A DNA stretch of 64,000 bases from Gammaproteobacteria bacterium. Its GTDB lineage: Bacteria > Pseudomonadota > Gammaproteobacteria > GCA-002705445 > GCA-002716945. Shown in pieces: positions 53,154 through 64,000 of the stretch (the first letter of the stretch is position 1; each line of letters starts with the position of its first letter). Location of the stretch: positions 142,404 through 206,403 of the forward strand of contig PBCF01000002.1 in the NCBI GenBank assembly GCA_002716945.1, written 5' to 3'. A program made the translations under genes and the position numbers. Under the pieces are notes generated by a model. That model did not search any database and was not told the DNA's origin. It saw only the letters and a list, made by a program, of their open reading frames with translations.

Positions 53154-53835
53154 TTTTTTTTGCATAAATGAAATAATTAATTTTAGTGAATGAAGAAATT
53201 CTAAAATCTGAAAGAAATGGATCAAAAATCATTCCATTAATTTCTTTAATTTCACAATTATTTTTTTCAAAAATACGACATAATTCTGATGGTTTGATAA
53301 ATTTTTTATACTGATGAGTGCCCTTCGGAATTATATTGAAAATATATTCTGCTAAAATTTTAGCAAAAACAAAAGATTGAATATTTCTATTAATAGTAGA
53401 AATAAAAATATTAGTATTTTCTTTTGATAATGAACTAATCTTTTTTATTAATTGATTAGGGCTTGAAACATGTTCAACTAATTCAAAACATATAATACAA
53501 TCAAATTTATATTTATCTTCTAAATCATCAATACTTCCACATTGGTAATCTATTTTTAAATTATTTTCTTTAGCGTGTTTTTTTGCTATATCTATAGTTT
53601 TTTTTGATGCATCAATTGCTGTTACGATAGCACCTTCTTTCGCTAATTCTTCTGCAAGTAAGCCACCACCACAACCAATATCCAAAATCTTTTTACCTTT
53701 AATATCATATCGTTCCATAATATATTTTAATCTTAATGGATTTAATTTATGTAGAACTCTATATGCTCCCTTTTTGTTCCACCACTCGAATGCATTCTTA
53801 TCAAAATTTTCTATTTCTTTTTCATCAATATTCAT
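53146..53835 (-). CDS. ubiG: Ubiquinone biosynthesis O-methyltransferase
   Basis: LDIGCGGGLLAE SAM motif; KGTHQYKKFIKPSEL; divergent from gyrA as in E. coli. Confidence 0.92.
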   Translation of the reverse strand: MNIDEKEIENFDKNAFEWWNKKGAYRVLHKLNPLRLKYIMERYDIKGKKILDIGCGGGLLAEELAKEGAIVTAIDASKKTIDIAKKHAKENNLKIDYQCGSIDDLEDKYKFDCIICFELVEHVSSPNQLIKKISSLSKENTNIFISTINRNIQSFVFAKILAEYIFNIIPKGTHQYKKFIKPSELCRIFEKNNCEIKEINGMIFDPFLSDFRISSFTKINYFIYAKKNV

Positions 53836-54045
53836 AAGGCATTAGATTCCTCAGATTGTCTACCATAACATAATATCAATTAACTTTTATTATGAAAATT
53901 TTTCTGTTTATATACATAGAATTTTTAGAATTTCTTCTGAAATTGCTTACATGCCTTTTTTTGGATAGATATAATTTATATCGTATAAAGTACGGGTTTA
54001 TGCTAAAATACTCATTTATCAATACTTTTGGAACTTTAAACTGGT

Positions 54046-56583
54046 ATGCCAGAAAATCAAGATATTCGTCTAAAAACTGAAATGGAGCAATCATATCTAG
54101 ATTACGCTATGAGTGTGATCGTAGGGAGAGCTTTGCCGGATGTCCGTGATGGATTAAAACCAGTTCATAGAAGAGTTTTATATTCTATGCATGAGCTTAA
54201 TAATGGTTGGAATAAATCTTATAAAAAATCTGCGAGAATAGTAGGCGATGTAATTGGTAAATATCACCCACATGGGGATACAGCTGTTTATGATACTATA
54301 GTTCGCTTAGCTCAGTCATTTTCAATGAGACATCCTTTGATAGATGGGCAGGGTAATTTTGGTTCAGTGGATGGAGATTCTCCAGCTGCTATGAGATACA
54401 CAGAAGTCAGAATGGCGAAATTATCTCATGAACTTCTCCAAGACATAGAAAAAAACACAGTTGAATTTAATCCAAATTATGATGGTTCTGAAAACGAACC
54501 AACAGTTTTACCAACTAGAGTTCCTAATCTTTTAGTGAATGGGTCGGCTGGGATTGCTGTGGGTTATGCGACAAATATTCCTCCTCATAATTTAATAGAG
54601 GTAGTTGATTGTGCCATAGCAATTATTGATAATCCAGAACTTGCAAGTCCAGATAAACTTTCTGAACTTAAAGAGAAATGTGGTCTTCAAGGTCCAGATT
54701 TTCCAACTGGTGGTGAGATTAAAGATGATGGGGGGATTGATAATGCACTTAAAACAGGCAGGGGTTCTTTTAAAATAAGGGCTAAATATAATATAGAAAA
54801 TAAAAATGATAAGACATCCATCATTGTAACTGAATTACCATATCAAGTGAATAAAGCTAAACTCATAGAAAACATTGCACAACTTGTTAAAGATAAAAAA
54901 ATTAATCAAATTAGTCAGTTAAGAGATGAATCAGATAAAGATGGAATGAGACTTGTAATAGAACTAAAACGTGGCGAACAGCACGATGTTTTATTAAGCA
55001 CATTATATAAACATACCAATATGCAAACATCATATTCCGCCAACATGGTTTGTTTAGTCGATGGTGAACCACTAACACTTGGGTTTGGATCTATATTATC
55101 AGAGTTTGTTAAACATAGAAGAGCAGTAGTAACCAAAAGAACACTGTTTGATTTAAATAAAACAAAAAATAAAGCACATTTATTAGAAGGTCTTGGAATT
55201 GCTCTTGTTAATGTAGATGAGGTTATAGCTCTAATCAAAAAAGCTAAAAGTATACAAGATGCCAAAGAAAAATTAATGAAAAAAAATTGGGTTCCTGGTC
55301 AATTGATAAAATTTTTAGGTATCGCAGATAAACAAACAGAAAATTTTATAAAAACTGATACCAATTATGGATTGGCAAAAGATCATTATAAGTTATCGCC
55401 AATGCAGGCACAGGCAATATTAGATTTAAGATTACAAAAACTTACTAATTTAGAACAAGAGAAAATTTTCAATGACTATGAAAATTCAATTTCAGACATT
55501 AAGAAATTCATTAAAATTCTTTCTAGCTCAACTGAACTAGATAATGAAATAAAAAATGAATTAAAACATATAAAAGATGAGTATGGAGAACCACGTAGAT
55601 CTGTAGTATCTACAGATGAAGGTGAATTAAAAAAAGAAGATCTTATAAAAAAGGAAGAAGTAATTGTAGTACTTACAAAAGCTGATTATGTGAAAAGACT
55701 TCCTGTTGTTGGTTTTAAAAGTCAGAGAAGAGGTGGGAGAGGAATTAATGCCACTAAATTTAAAGATGGTGACGAAACAAAGTTAATTTGCCAGGCTCAC
55801 ACTCATGACGTGTTACTTTGTTTTTCAACTATCGGTAAAGTTTATGCTATTAGAGTTTTTGATTTACCAGATCCCAGTAGACAAGCCAGAGGAAGACCGA
55901 TTAACAATGTTTTACCGTTGGCAAACAATGAATATATAAGTACATTTGTGGTGATAAAATCATTTAATGAATCAGGATACCTATTTTTATCAACAAAAAG
56001 TGGGATGGTTAATAAAATATCACTAGATTTATTTAAAAAGATTAGAAATAGTGGATTGAAAGCTATTTTACTGAAAAGTGGAGACGAACTTTTGGGTGCA
56101 ACTCATACAACTGGAGAATCAGAAATAATGTTAGTTGGTGATAGCGGAAAAGTTATAAAATTTTCTGAAAAAGATATAAGGGTGAGATTTAGAGGTACAC
56201 AAGGCGTCAAGGGTATAAATCTAACTAAGAAATCAAGATTAGTCTCATTATTAAAACCAAAATCAGGACAGATTGTTACAGTTACTGAAAATGGTTATGG
56301 AAATAGAGTAGACGCATCAAATTATAATTTACAAAAAAGAGGCGGGCAGGGTGTAATAGGTATAAAGACATCCAAAAGAAATGGAAAGGTAATTGGAGCT
56401 GTACATGTTGATAAAAAAGATAATATTATTTTAATAACAAACAAAGGCAAAACTATTAAAATTTGCGTCGATGATTTATCTATTATTGGCAGAAATACTC
56501 AAGGTGTAAGATTACAAGTTCTACAAGATGATGAAAAATTAGTTGCTTTATCAAAAGAGAACATAAACGAAGATATATTATGA
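54046..56583 (+). CDS. gyrA: DNA gyrase subunit A
   Basis: 845 aa, active-site region [28 protein letters not shown], beta-pinwheel repeats. Confidence 0.95.
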   Translation: MPENQDIRLKTEMEQSYLDYAMSVIVGRALPDVRDGLKPVHRRVLYSMHELNNGWNKSYKKSARIVGDVIGKYHPHGDTAVYDTIVRLAQSFSMRHPLIDGQGNFGSVDGDSPAAMRYTEVRMAKLSHELLQDIEKNTVEFNPNYDGSENEPTVLPTRVPNLLVNGSAGIAVGYATNIPPHNLIEVVDCAIAIIDNPELASPDKLSELKEKCGLQGPDFPTGGEIKDDGGIDNALKTGRGSFKIRAKYNIENKNDKTSIIVTELPYQVNKAKLIENIAQLVKDKKINQISQLRDESDKDGMRLVIELKRGEQHDVLLSTLYKHTNMQTSYSANMVCLVDGEPLTLGFGSILSEFVKHRRAVVTKRTLFDLNKTKNKAHLLEGLGIALVNVDEVIALIKKAKSIQDAKEKLMKKNWVPGQLIKFLGIADKQTENFIKTDTNYGLAKDHYKLSPMQAQAILDLRLQKLTNLEQEKIFNDYENSISDIKKFIKILSSSTELDNEIKNELKHIKDEYGEPRRSVVSTDEGELKKEDLIKKEEVIVVLTKADYVKRLPVVGFKSQRRGGRGINATKFKDGDETKLICQAHTHDVLLCFSTIGKVYAIRVFDLPDPSRQARGRPINNVLPLANNEYISTFVVIKSFNESGYLFLSTKSGMVNKISLDLFKKIRNSGLKAILLKSGDELLGATHTTGESEIMLVGDSGKVIKFSEKDIRVRFRGTQGVKGINLTKKSRLVSLLKPKSGQIVTVTENGYGNRVDASNYNLQKRGGQGVIGIKTSKRNGKVIGAVHVDKKDNIILITNKGKTIKICVDDLSIIGRNTQGVRLQVLQDDEKLVALSKENINEDIL

Positions 56584-57650
56584 AAAATAAATTAAAGCAA
56601 CTCAGAGAGAAAATAGACTTAATTGATAAGAAAATATTATCAAATCTAAACAAAAGAGCTAATTTAGCTAAAGAAATAGCCAAAGTTAAATTATCATCTG
56701 ATGAGAATCTATTTAGACCAGAAAGAGAAACGCAGATATTAAATAATTTAATAAAATCAAATCAAGGTCCAATGGGAAAGGAGCATCTAATATCGATTTA
56801 TAAAGAAATTATTTCATCATGTTTGTCTTTAGAAACAAGAATAAAAGTATCTTGTTTGGGTCCTAAAGGTTCATTTAGCAACGCTGCCACAACAAGGTTT
56901 TTTGGCACTAATATACAGACAACATATGTATCCTCAATTGATGAAATTTTTGATAATGTTTTACTAAATATGTCTGATTATGGGGTAATACCTGTTGAAA
57001 ATTCCAATCAAGGTACTATCAATCAAAATTTAGATTTATTAATAGCTAAGCCTATAACTATATGCGGAGAGATCAATATTGCCATTAATCATTGTTTGTT
57101 ATCAAAATCTTCTAATATTGATTCAATTAAAACTATATATGCGCATGAACAATCATTTATGCAATGTAGAAATTGGTTGAAAAAAAATTTATCTACTTGT
57201 GAAATAATCAATGTTGCAAGTAATTCTGAAGCTGCAAAAAAAGCAACTAGAAGTATAAAATCTGCCGCTATAGCTAGTAAGGTCTGTGCATCAGAATATC
57301 AATTACATGTCCTGAGAAAAAATATACATGACAATCCTAATAACATTACAAGATTTATAATCATAGGAAATAAACCTGTAGCAATGTCTGGTATAGACAA
57401 AACATCAATAATTGTCTCAGCAAGTAATACAGCTGGATCTTTACATTCTTTACTTGATCCGTTAACAAAAAATAAAATTAGTATGACCAAAATAGAGTCT
57501 ATACCAACTAAAGTTAATAATTGGGAATATATGTTTTTTATAGATATTGAAGGACATATTTCGCAACCAAAAGTAAAAAAGGCTCTGGAAGCTATTAAAA
57601 GAAAATCTTCTTTTTATAAACATTTAGGTTCTTACCCAAAAAGTATTTGA
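56580..57650 (+). CDS. pheA: Bifunctional chorismate mutase / prephenate dehydratase (P-protein)
   Basis: N-terminal chorismate-mutase helix, prephenate dehydratase and ACT domains. Confidence 0.9.
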   Translation: MKNKLKQLREKIDLIDKKILSNLNKRANLAKEIAKVKLSSDENLFRPERETQILNNLIKSNQGPMGKEHLISIYKEIISSCLSLETRIKVSCLGPKGSFSNAATTRFFGTNIQTTYVSSIDEIFDNVLLNMSDYGVIPVENSNQGTINQNLDLLIAKPITICGEINIAINHCLLSKSSNIDSIKTIYAHEQSFMQCRNWLKKNLSTCEIINVASNSEAAKKATRSIKSAAIASKVCASEYQLHVLRKNIHDNPNNITRFIIIGNKPVAMSGIDKTSIIVSASNTAGSLHSLLDPLTKNKISMTKIESIPTKVNNWEYMFFIDIEGHISQPKVKKALEAIKRKSSFYKHLGSYPKSI

Positions 57651-57657
57651 GATACAT

Positions 57658-58764
57658 ATGTCAAATAGAACATCAATATTTAGCTATAAACCTGGGCAAA
57701 GCATAGAATATGTAAAGTCTAAGTATAAAATTAAAAATGTTATTAAATTAGCATCGAATGAAAATCCATATGGTTCAAGTAAACAAGTTATCTTAAATGT
57801 AAAAAAAGTTATTAAAGACATTTATAGATACCCAGATAGTCATTCGAAAATATTAAAAAATTCTTTAGTTAATATATTGTCTCATAATAGTATAAATGAG
57901 AATAATCTATTAATAGGTAATGGTTCTAATGAAATATTAGAGTTTATCGCACGAGCTTTTTTGAATAATCAATCTGAGGTGATTTTTTCTAAACATTCAT
58001 TTTTGGTATATAAAATTATTTCAACTTTATCTAATGCTAAGATAATAGAAACAAAACCCAGACAAAATAAATACGATCAATATTTAGGTACTGATTTAGA
58101 AAGCATTATGGAAAAAATTAGCAGTAAAACCAAAGTCATATTCATTGCCAATCCAAATAACCCTACTGGAACAATCATTGATATTACTGACATTAGAAAC
58201 TTTTTAAAAAATATTCCAAAACATATTATTGTTGTGATTGATGAAGCATATTACGAATATTCATCATATCTTAATAAAACAAGTGCAGTAAATCTTATAC
58301 GGAAATTTCCAAATGTTATTGTAACACGAACATTTTCAAAAATTTATGGACTTGCTGGTCTACGTATTGGCTATGGGATTTCATCACAAAAAAATATACG
58401 AACATTAACTTCGCACAGACAACCATTCAACATTAATATTGCTGCGCAATATTTAGCTAATGTTGCATTGGATGATCAAGATCATGTTAAATATTGTCTT
58501 AAGAAAAATTTAGATGGTATGAATTATATAATCTCAACTTTTGAGAAGTTAGGAATAGATTATTTAAGTCCATATGGAAACTTTATAACCTTAAATTTAG
58601 GAAAAAAAACTAAATCACTTTATAATAAATTAATCTCAAAAGGTATCATTTTACGACCTCTAGAAAATTATAATTTGAGTAATTACTTAAGAATGACCAT
58701 AGGTACAAGTTCTGAGAATGATAGATTTGTTGATGTATTTTCCAAATTACTTAATAAAAAATAA
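57658..58764 (+). CDS. hisC: Histidinol-phosphate aminotransferase
   Basis: Class II aminotransferase, 368 aa. Confidence 0.85.
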   Translation: MSNRTSIFSYKPGQSIEYVKSKYKIKNVIKLASNENPYGSSKQVILNVKKVIKDIYRYPDSHSKILKNSLVNILSHNSINENNLLIGNGSNEILEFIARAFLNNQSEVIFSKHSFLVYKIISTLSNAKIIETKPRQNKYDQYLGTDLESIMEKISSKTKVIFIANPNNPTGTIIDITDIRNFLKNIPKHIIVVIDEAYYEYSSYLNKTSAVNLIRKFPNVIVTRTFSKIYGLAGLRIGYGISSQKNIRTLTSHRQPFNINIAAQYLANVALDDQDHVKYCLKKNLDGMNYIISTFEKLGIDYLSPYGNFITLNLGKKTKSLYNKLISKGIILRPLENYNLSNYLRMTIGTSSENDRFVDVFSKLLNKK

Positions 58765-59600
58765 TGTTTAAAAATATTTATATATATGGACTTGGTATGA
58801 TGGGTGGTTCTATAGCATCATCTATAAAAAATAATAATGTTACAGATAATATTATTGGATATGATATTAATCCAAATACATTACGATATTCGATGAAAAA
58901 TAAATTCATTGACGAAGTTGATGACAATAATTTTTTAAAACTTAAGAAATCTGATTTTATAATTATATGTACACCATTGAGTGCATACAATGATATTTTT
59001 AAAATTATTAAGAAATATTCTCCGCTAAAGTGTTTAATAACTGATATTGGTAGTACTAAAGTTGAAGTTACTGATACTGCAAAAAAAATATTTAAGAATA
59101 CCGATAGAATATTTATTGGCTCACATCCACTTGCTGGAAAAGAAAAAAGTGGCATAAAATATGCTAATAAAGATTTATTTACGGGAGCCAGAGTTATTGT
59201 AACTTTTGAAAATAATAATAAATCTAAAATAGTCAAAAACTTTTGGAGTAATCTAGGAGCTAAAATTTCAATAATGAGTCCAAAGACTCATGATTTGATA
59301 GTTTCCAAAACTAGTCATGTTCCACATTTACTATCTTACGCCTTAGTTAATACAATATTAAAAGAAAAAAATATTAAAAACTTAAATGATTTTACTGGAG
59401 GAGGTTTTAAAGATTTTGCTAGAATAGCATTAAGCGATCCATTAATGTGGAAAGATATATCCTCTACTAATAAAAAAAATATAATAAAATCACTAGATGT
59501 TTTATCAAATGAATTTAAATTGCTTAAATCAATGATTAATAAGAAAAATTTTAAATCATTGCATAGATACTTTAAAAATATTAAAGATAAGTTATCATAA
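58764..59600 (+). CDS. tyrA: Prephenate/arogenate dehydrogenase
   Basis: N-terminal Rossmann fold IYIYGLGMMGGS; 278 aa with no chorismate-mutase domain. Confidence 0.8.
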   Translation: MFKNIYIYGLGMMGGSIASSIKNNNVTDNIIGYDINPNTLRYSMKNKFIDEVDDNNFLKLKKSDFIIICTPLSAYNDIFKIIKKYSPLKCLITDIGSTKVEVTDTAKKIFKNTDRIFIGSHPLAGKEKSGIKYANKDLFTGARVIVTFENNNKSKIVKNFWSNLGAKISIMSPKTHDLIVSKTSHVPHLLSYALVNTILKEKNIKNLNDFTGGGFKDFARIALSDPLMWKDISSTNKKNIIKSLDVLSNEFKLLKSMINKKNFKSLHRYFKNIKDKLS

Positions 59601-59603
59601 ATA

Positions 59604-60911
59604 ATGATGGATCATTCTCACAGCATATCAATAAATGATTCAAATAAATTATCAGGTAAAATATTAATTCCTGGAGATAAATCAATCACCCATCGTTCTA
59701 TAATTTTATCCTCATTGTGTGAGGGCAAAACTAAAATATATAATTATTTAGATTCTGATGATTGTAATCTGACAATTTTAGCAATGAAAAGTTTAGGGGT
59801 GAATATAACAAAACATCCTAATTATCTAAGTATCGAAGGGAAAGGACTTAAGTCACTAAAAAAACCAGCAAAAACGATAGACGCTGGCAATTCAGGAACA
59901 TTAGCAAGATTGCTTGTTGGAGTTTTAGCTATGCAACCCTTTAGTTCAAAAATTATAGGGGATAGTTCATTATCTGAAAGACCAATGGAAAGAATAATAG
60001 AACCCCTATCACAAATGGGAGCTAATATTATATCTAAAAATGGAACTTTACCTTTAAACATTGAACCATCCAAAAAATTACACAACATAAATTATTTCTT
60101 AAAAATTGCTAGCGCTCAGATCAAATCCTGTATTTTGTTAGCTTCATTATATGTTGAAGGTGAAAGTATTATTGAGGAAATTGTTAATACGCGAAACCAT
60201 ACAGAAAATCTTCTGCAACATTTAAATTATGATATGAAAATAAGAAATAAAAAAATTTCTATTATTGGTCAGCAGAAAATGATTGCTAAAGACATATATA
60301 TACCTTCAGATATTTCATCAGCAGCATTTTTTATTGTTGCAACTTTAATTACAGATAAATCTGAACTAATTTTAAAAAATATAGGATTAAATTATCTTAG
60401 AACGGGTATTATTGATGTTCTTATTAAAATGGGTGCACAAATAGAGATTTTAAACGAATCAAATAATGGATATGAATCTTTCGCTGACATAAAAGTAAAA
60501 TCCTCTAAATTAAAGCCAATTCAATTATCTGGAGAAATAGTTTCAAGATTAATTGATGAATTCCCAATTCTTTTTATTGCATGCTCTATATGTAATGGTG
60601 TATCCGAAATTAAAAATATTCAAGAATTGAGATTCAAGGAAAGCGATAGAATTAAATCAATGGAATTAGGATTAAATAAATTAGGAATCAATGTAAAAAG
60701 TACAAAAGATTCTATTAAAATTCAAGGAGGTACAATTCAAGGAGGAATAGTAGATAGTTGTAACGATCATAGAGTAGCAATGTCATTTTTAATTGCTGGA
60801 TTAGTGTCTAAAAAACCTATTACGGTTACAAACACATCTAACATAAATACTTCATTTCCTACTTTCTTTTCTATTCTAAAAGAACAAAATGTAGGTATAT
60901 ACAAAATATGA
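59604..60911 (+). CDS. aroA: 3-phosphoshikimate 1-carboxyvinyltransferase (EPSP synthase)
   Basis: 435 aa, LPGDKSITHR motif. Confidence 0.93.
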   Translation: MMDHSHSISINDSNKLSGKILIPGDKSITHRSIILSSLCEGKTKIYNYLDSDDCNLTILAMKSLGVNITKHPNYLSIEGKGLKSLKKPAKTIDAGNSGTLARLLVGVLAMQPFSSKIIGDSSLSERPMERIIEPLSQMGANIISKNGTLPLNIEPSKKLHNINYFLKIASAQIKSCILLASLYVEGESIIEEIVNTRNHTENLLQHLNYDMKIRNKKISIIGQQKMIAKDIYIPSDISSAAFFIVATLITDKSELILKNIGLNYLRTGIIDVLIKMGAQIEILNESNNGYESFADIKVKSSKLKPIQLSGEIVSRLIDEFPILFIACSICNGVSEIKNIQELRFKESDRIKSMELGLNKLGINVKSTKDSIKIQGGTIQGGIVDSCNDHRVAMSFLIAGLVSKKPITVTNTSNINTSFPTFFSILKEQNVGIYKI

Positions 60912-61585
60912 AAACAGATATACCTATAATTACTATAGATGGACTAAGTGGCTCTGGGAAAACTACTATATCTAAGATGTTATCAGAAAATATGAGATGG
61001 AATCTGTTGGATAGTGGAAAATTATATAGGGCAATAGGATATCTTGTAAATCAAGAATCATTGAATATGAATGAAAAATCTCAAGTTAATCTATTAGTAA
61101 ATAATATAAGATTAAATTCATCTCCTGAAGATACTGAATATAAAATATTTTATATGGACAATAACATTAGTATGCATTTAGAGAATGAAAAAATTGGAAT
61201 TATTGCTTCTCAAGTTGCTAAATTGGATTATATACGAAACATGTTATTGCCGTTGCAACACTCTAGTTTAAAAGAACCAGGATTAATTGCTAATGGTAGA
61301 GATATGGGTACTAAAGTTTTTCCTCAGGCTAAACTGAAATTATTTTTTACTGCCTCTCTAGAAATCAGAGCTCAAAGAAGATTTGAGGAAATGAAGAATG
61401 CAGGAAAGAATGTAAATTTATCAGAAATTATTGAATCTCTAAAGGCACGAGATGACAGTGATATTAATCGTGAGGCATCACCTTTAGTTCCTGCAAAAGA
61501 TGCTCATACAATTGATTCAAGTAATTTAAATATTAAGTCTGTTCTTGATAAAATATATAAATTGTATACTATATCAGAAGCTTAA
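60908..61585 (+). CDS. cmk: Cytidylate kinase
   Basis: P-loop GLSGSGKTT; aroA-cmk-rpsA order. Confidence 0.92.
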   Translation: MKTDIPIITIDGLSGSGKTTISKMLSENMRWNLLDSGKLYRAIGYLVNQESLNMNEKSQVNLLVNNIRLNSSPEDTEYKIFYMDNNISMHLENEKIGIIASQVAKLDYIRNMLLPLQHSSLKEPGLIANGRDMGTKVFPQAKLKLFFTASLEIRAQRRFEEMKNAGKNVNLSEIIESLKARDDSDINREASPLVPAKDAHTIDSSNLNIKSVLDKIYKLYTISEA

Positions 61586-61606
61586 ATAGAAAGAGGAATA
61601 TAATTT

Positions 61607-63169
61607 ATGGATAGTCAGCAAGAATTTGAAACTTTATTTAAAGATAGTATTAGTAAAGTTGACATGACACCTGGATGTATCATAAAAGCTGAAGTCATAG
61701 ATATAAAGGATGATTTTGTAATAATCAGCGCTGGACTTAAATCAGAAGCCATAATACCAAAAAACCAATTCATTGATTCTGACGGTAATTTAGAGGTTAA
61801 ACTAGGGGATAATGTTGAAGTAACATTAGACGCAGTCGAGGATGGTTATGGAGCCACTGTGTTATCCAGAGAGAAAGCAAAAAGAACAAAAGTATGGAAA
61901 GAACTTGAAGGCTATCAACAATCTCAAGAAATAATAAAGGGCAAAGTTTGTGGAAAAGTAAAAGGTGGATTTACAGTTGAACTAATGAATGTTAAAGCCT
62001 TCTTACCTGGTTCGCTTGTTGATATTCGCCCTTCTAAAGAAACTGATTACCTAGAAGGCAAAACATTAGATTTTAAAATAATTAAGATGGATAAAATTAG
62101 AAACAACATCGTTTTATCTAGAAAGGCTGTTTTAATGGATCAAAATATTTCACCCGAAGATATAGCAGAAAAATATACCGAAGGGAAAATTGTTAGCGGA
62201 TACATTAAGAATTTAACTGATTATGGTGCATTCATAGACCTTGGAGGTATAGATGGATTACTTCATATAACTGACATATCCTGGAAAAGAATTAATCATC
62301 CTAGCGAAATATTAAAGGTTGGAGAAGAAATTGAAGTTGTTGTTCTAAAGTATGATACAGAAAAAAATCGGGTCAGCCTAGGGATGAAGCAATTGGGTGA
62401 AGATCCTTGGGATAAAGTCTCGAAACAATTTGAACTTGATTCTAAATATAAAGGCAAAGTAGTAAATATTGCTGACTACGGTGTATTTGTAAATTTGGGT
62501 GACAATATAGAAGGACTGATAAGAACATCCGAATTAGACTGGACCAATAAAAATGTAAATCCCAACAAAATATTATCTATAGGTGATGAAGTTGAAATTC
62601 TTGTAACAGAAATTGATAATGAGAAAAGAAGAATCTCTTTGAGCTATAAACAATGTCTAGAAAATCCTTGGGTTCAATTTGCAGAAAAACATAAAAAAGG
62701 AGATAAAATAGTTAGTGATATAAAATCTGTTACAGACTTTGGGATCTTTATTGGTCTAGAAGGTAACATTGATGGCTTAATACATATTACAGATGTTGAT
62801 GATGGAAATAATCAAGAAGAAATTTTGAGAAGCTATAAGAAAGGTGATGAAGTAGAAACAGTTATATTATCTATAGATGCTGATAGAGAAAGAGTTTCTC
62901 TTGGAATAAAACAACTGGCTGATGAAAAATTTCAAGAAACTATTGATAAATATAAAATTAATGATGAATTAAAATGCGCTATAACAAATGTATCTGAAGA
63001 CGGTATTACTTTAAAAGTTGATAAACTAAATATTGGTATATTAAAGCTGACACAGAAAGAATTAAAAGATGCTTTGGAGAAAGATTTATATAAAAAACAA
63101 GATGAAATTTCATGTTCAATCAAATCTTTTGACAAAAAAAATAAAAAAATAGTTTTACTAAAAAAGTAG
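61607..63169 (+). CDS. rpsA: 30S ribosomal protein S1
   Basis: Repeated S1 domains, 520 aa; good Shine-Dalgarno AAGAGGAA upstream. Confidence 0.95.
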   Translation: MDSQQEFETLFKDSISKVDMTPGCIIKAEVIDIKDDFVIISAGLKSEAIIPKNQFIDSDGNLEVKLGDNVEVTLDAVEDGYGATVLSREKAKRTKVWKELEGYQQSQEIIKGKVCGKVKGGFTVELMNVKAFLPGSLVDIRPSKETDYLEGKTLDFKIIKMDKIRNNIVLSRKAVLMDQNISPEDIAEKYTEGKIVSGYIKNLTDYGAFIDLGGIDGLLHITDISWKRINHPSEILKVGEEIEVVVLKYDTEKNRVSLGMKQLGEDPWDKVSKQFELDSKYKGKVVNIADYGVFVNLGDNIEGLIRTSELDWTNKNVNPNKILSIGDEVEILVTEIDNEKRRISLSYKQCLENPWVQFAEKHKKGDKIVSDIKSVTDFGIFIGLEGNIDGLIHITDVDDGNNQEEILRSYKKGDEVETVILSIDADRERVSLGIKQLADEKFQETIDKYKINDELKCAITNVSEDGITLKVDKLNIGILKLTQKELKDALEKDLYKKQDEISCSIKSFDKKNKKIVLLKK

Positions 63170-63460
63170 ATGATCTTAAATAAATCAGAATTGATATCTA
63201 ATCTATCTAAAAAACATAAAACATATAATAAATCAGATGTTGAATTTTCTGTTAGAAAAATACTGGATTATATGTCAAAGTCATTGTATTCAGGCGAAAG
63301 AATTGAGATTAGAGGTTTTGGAACATTTTCACTTCATGAACATAATTCAAGAACAGCTAGAAACCCCAAGACAGGGGAATCAGTTGCACTACAGAAAAGA
63401 TTTACAGTGCATTTTAAGCCTAGCAAAGAACTAAAAAAAAGAGTAAATAATAAAAATTAA
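63170..63460 (+). CDS. ihfB: Integration host factor beta subunit
   Basis: 96 aa, HU/IHF fold; RGFGTF and ARNPKTGE motifs. Confidence 0.93.
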   Translation: MILNKSELISNLSKKHKTYNKSDVEFSVRKILDYMSKSLYSGERIEIRGFGTFSLHEHNSRTARNPKTGESVALQKRFTVHFKPSKELKKRVNNKN

Positions 63461-63503
63461 CCTCTTCTCATCTGCTTCATATATATTACAATAAGATATT
63501 ATT

Positions 63504-63797
63504 ATGTTTAGGTTTTTAATATTTATCTTAACAATTGCTATTATTGGTGTATCTGTAACAATATCCACTCTGAATATTAACGATGTCCATATAAATCTTC
63601 ACTTTATTACCTATACCGCTCCATTGCCATTTTTTTTACTAATTAGTTTTTTTGTTGGATGTCTATTAACTCTGTTATTCTTTCTATCAGCATATGTTAA
63701 ACATAAACATGAAAATATAAATTTAAAAAAGAGCAATAAAATTAAAGAAGATGAAATTGATAATCTGAGGAAAAGCCCACTCAGAGAAGATAGATAA
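63504..63797 (+). CDS. lapA: Lipopolysaccharide assembly protein A (YciS / DUF1049)
   Basis: 97 aa, two TM helices; conserved ihfB-lapA-lapB order. Confidence 0.7.
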   Translation: MFRFLIFILTIAIIGVSVTISTLNINDVHINLHFITYTAPLPFFLLISFFVGCLLTLLFFLSAYVKHKHENINLKKSNKIKEDEIDNLRKSPLREDR

Positions 63798-64000
63798 TGT
63801 CAGATATAATAATTGTACTCTTAGTAATATTTTTATTATCAATAGGATATATATTTCGGAAGCCGGAAATCAAAAAAACAAAAACTGTATTCAATGCGGA
63901 ATATTACAGAGGCTTAAATTACTTATTGAGTAATGAGGAAGATAAGGCTCTTAAGATATTTACAGCTTTAATTGAAGTCGATAGTTCCACCATTGAAACT
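63797..64000 (+). CDS. lapB: Lipopolysaccharide assembly protein B (YciM), 3'-truncated at the window edge
   Basis: N-terminal TM helix followed by the start of a TPR region (YYRGLNYLL); ATG overlaps the lapA stop. Confidence 0.65.
   Translation, partial: MSDIIIVLLVIFLLSIGYIFRKPEIKKTKTVFNAEYYRGLNYLLSNEEDKALKIFTALIEVDSSTIET

Noticed and set aside
53836-54094. Two small ORFs (53876-54094 minus, 53892-54080 plus) in the ubiG-gyrA intergenic region
   Set aside because: They overlap each other and the gyrA start, are Phe/Tyr/Lys-rich as expected from AT-rich non-coding DNA, and show no family resemblance. The region is treated as a divergent promoter spacer.
1-64000. CRISPR arrays, transposases, integrases, prophage or restriction-modification / defence-island genes
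   Set aside because: There are no regularly spaced direct repeats and no ORFs with transposase, integrase, nuclease or methylase hallmarks. The xerD present is the chromosomal dimer-resolution recombinase in its normal xerD-dsbC context.

Overview
The window is visibly AT-rich and very tightly packed: about 60 genes in 64 kb, with most intergenic gaps under 100 bp and many start/stop overlaps. Nearly all of it is conserved gammaproteobacterial housekeeping content in recognisable synteny blocks. These are infB-rbfA-truB-rpsO-pnp; xseA divergent from guaBA; pepA-holC-valS divergent from lptFG; moeA; xerD-dsbC; sbcB; parE-parC; htpX-efp; tsaB/psd; aroC; a Pseudomonas-like leuCDB-asd-fimV-truA-trpF(-trpBA)-accD-folC-dedD-cvpA-purF block; ubiG divergent from gyrA; and gyrA-pheA-hisC-tyrA-aroA-cmk-rpsA-ihfB-lapAB. 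The picture fits a streamlined, probably free-living (marine-type) gammaproteobacterium, but taxonomy cannot be settled from the sequence alone. I found no rRNA, tRNA, CRISPR array, transposase, integrase or phage genes. The non-core content is small: a three-gene accessory insertion between guaA and valS (TylF/MycF-like methyltransferase, DinB-like Y-family polymerase, MerR/CarH-like regulator) with an unusually rich, partly GC-rich regulatory spacer; an oxalate/formate-antiporter-family (OFA) MFS transporter riding behind acs; and a few uncharacterised membrane proteins after efp. The most striking single anomaly is an in-frame TGA in the essential parE gene, sitting exactly at a universally conserved glycine codon, while TGA clearly works as a stop elsewhere in the window. 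I could not identify a convincing new multi-gene system such as a defence island or biosynthetic cluster. The best candidates for follow-up are the parE TGA, a possible minus-strand sRNA with its own strong terminator at 15.9-16.1 kb, and the B12-ligand-less CarH-like regulator.
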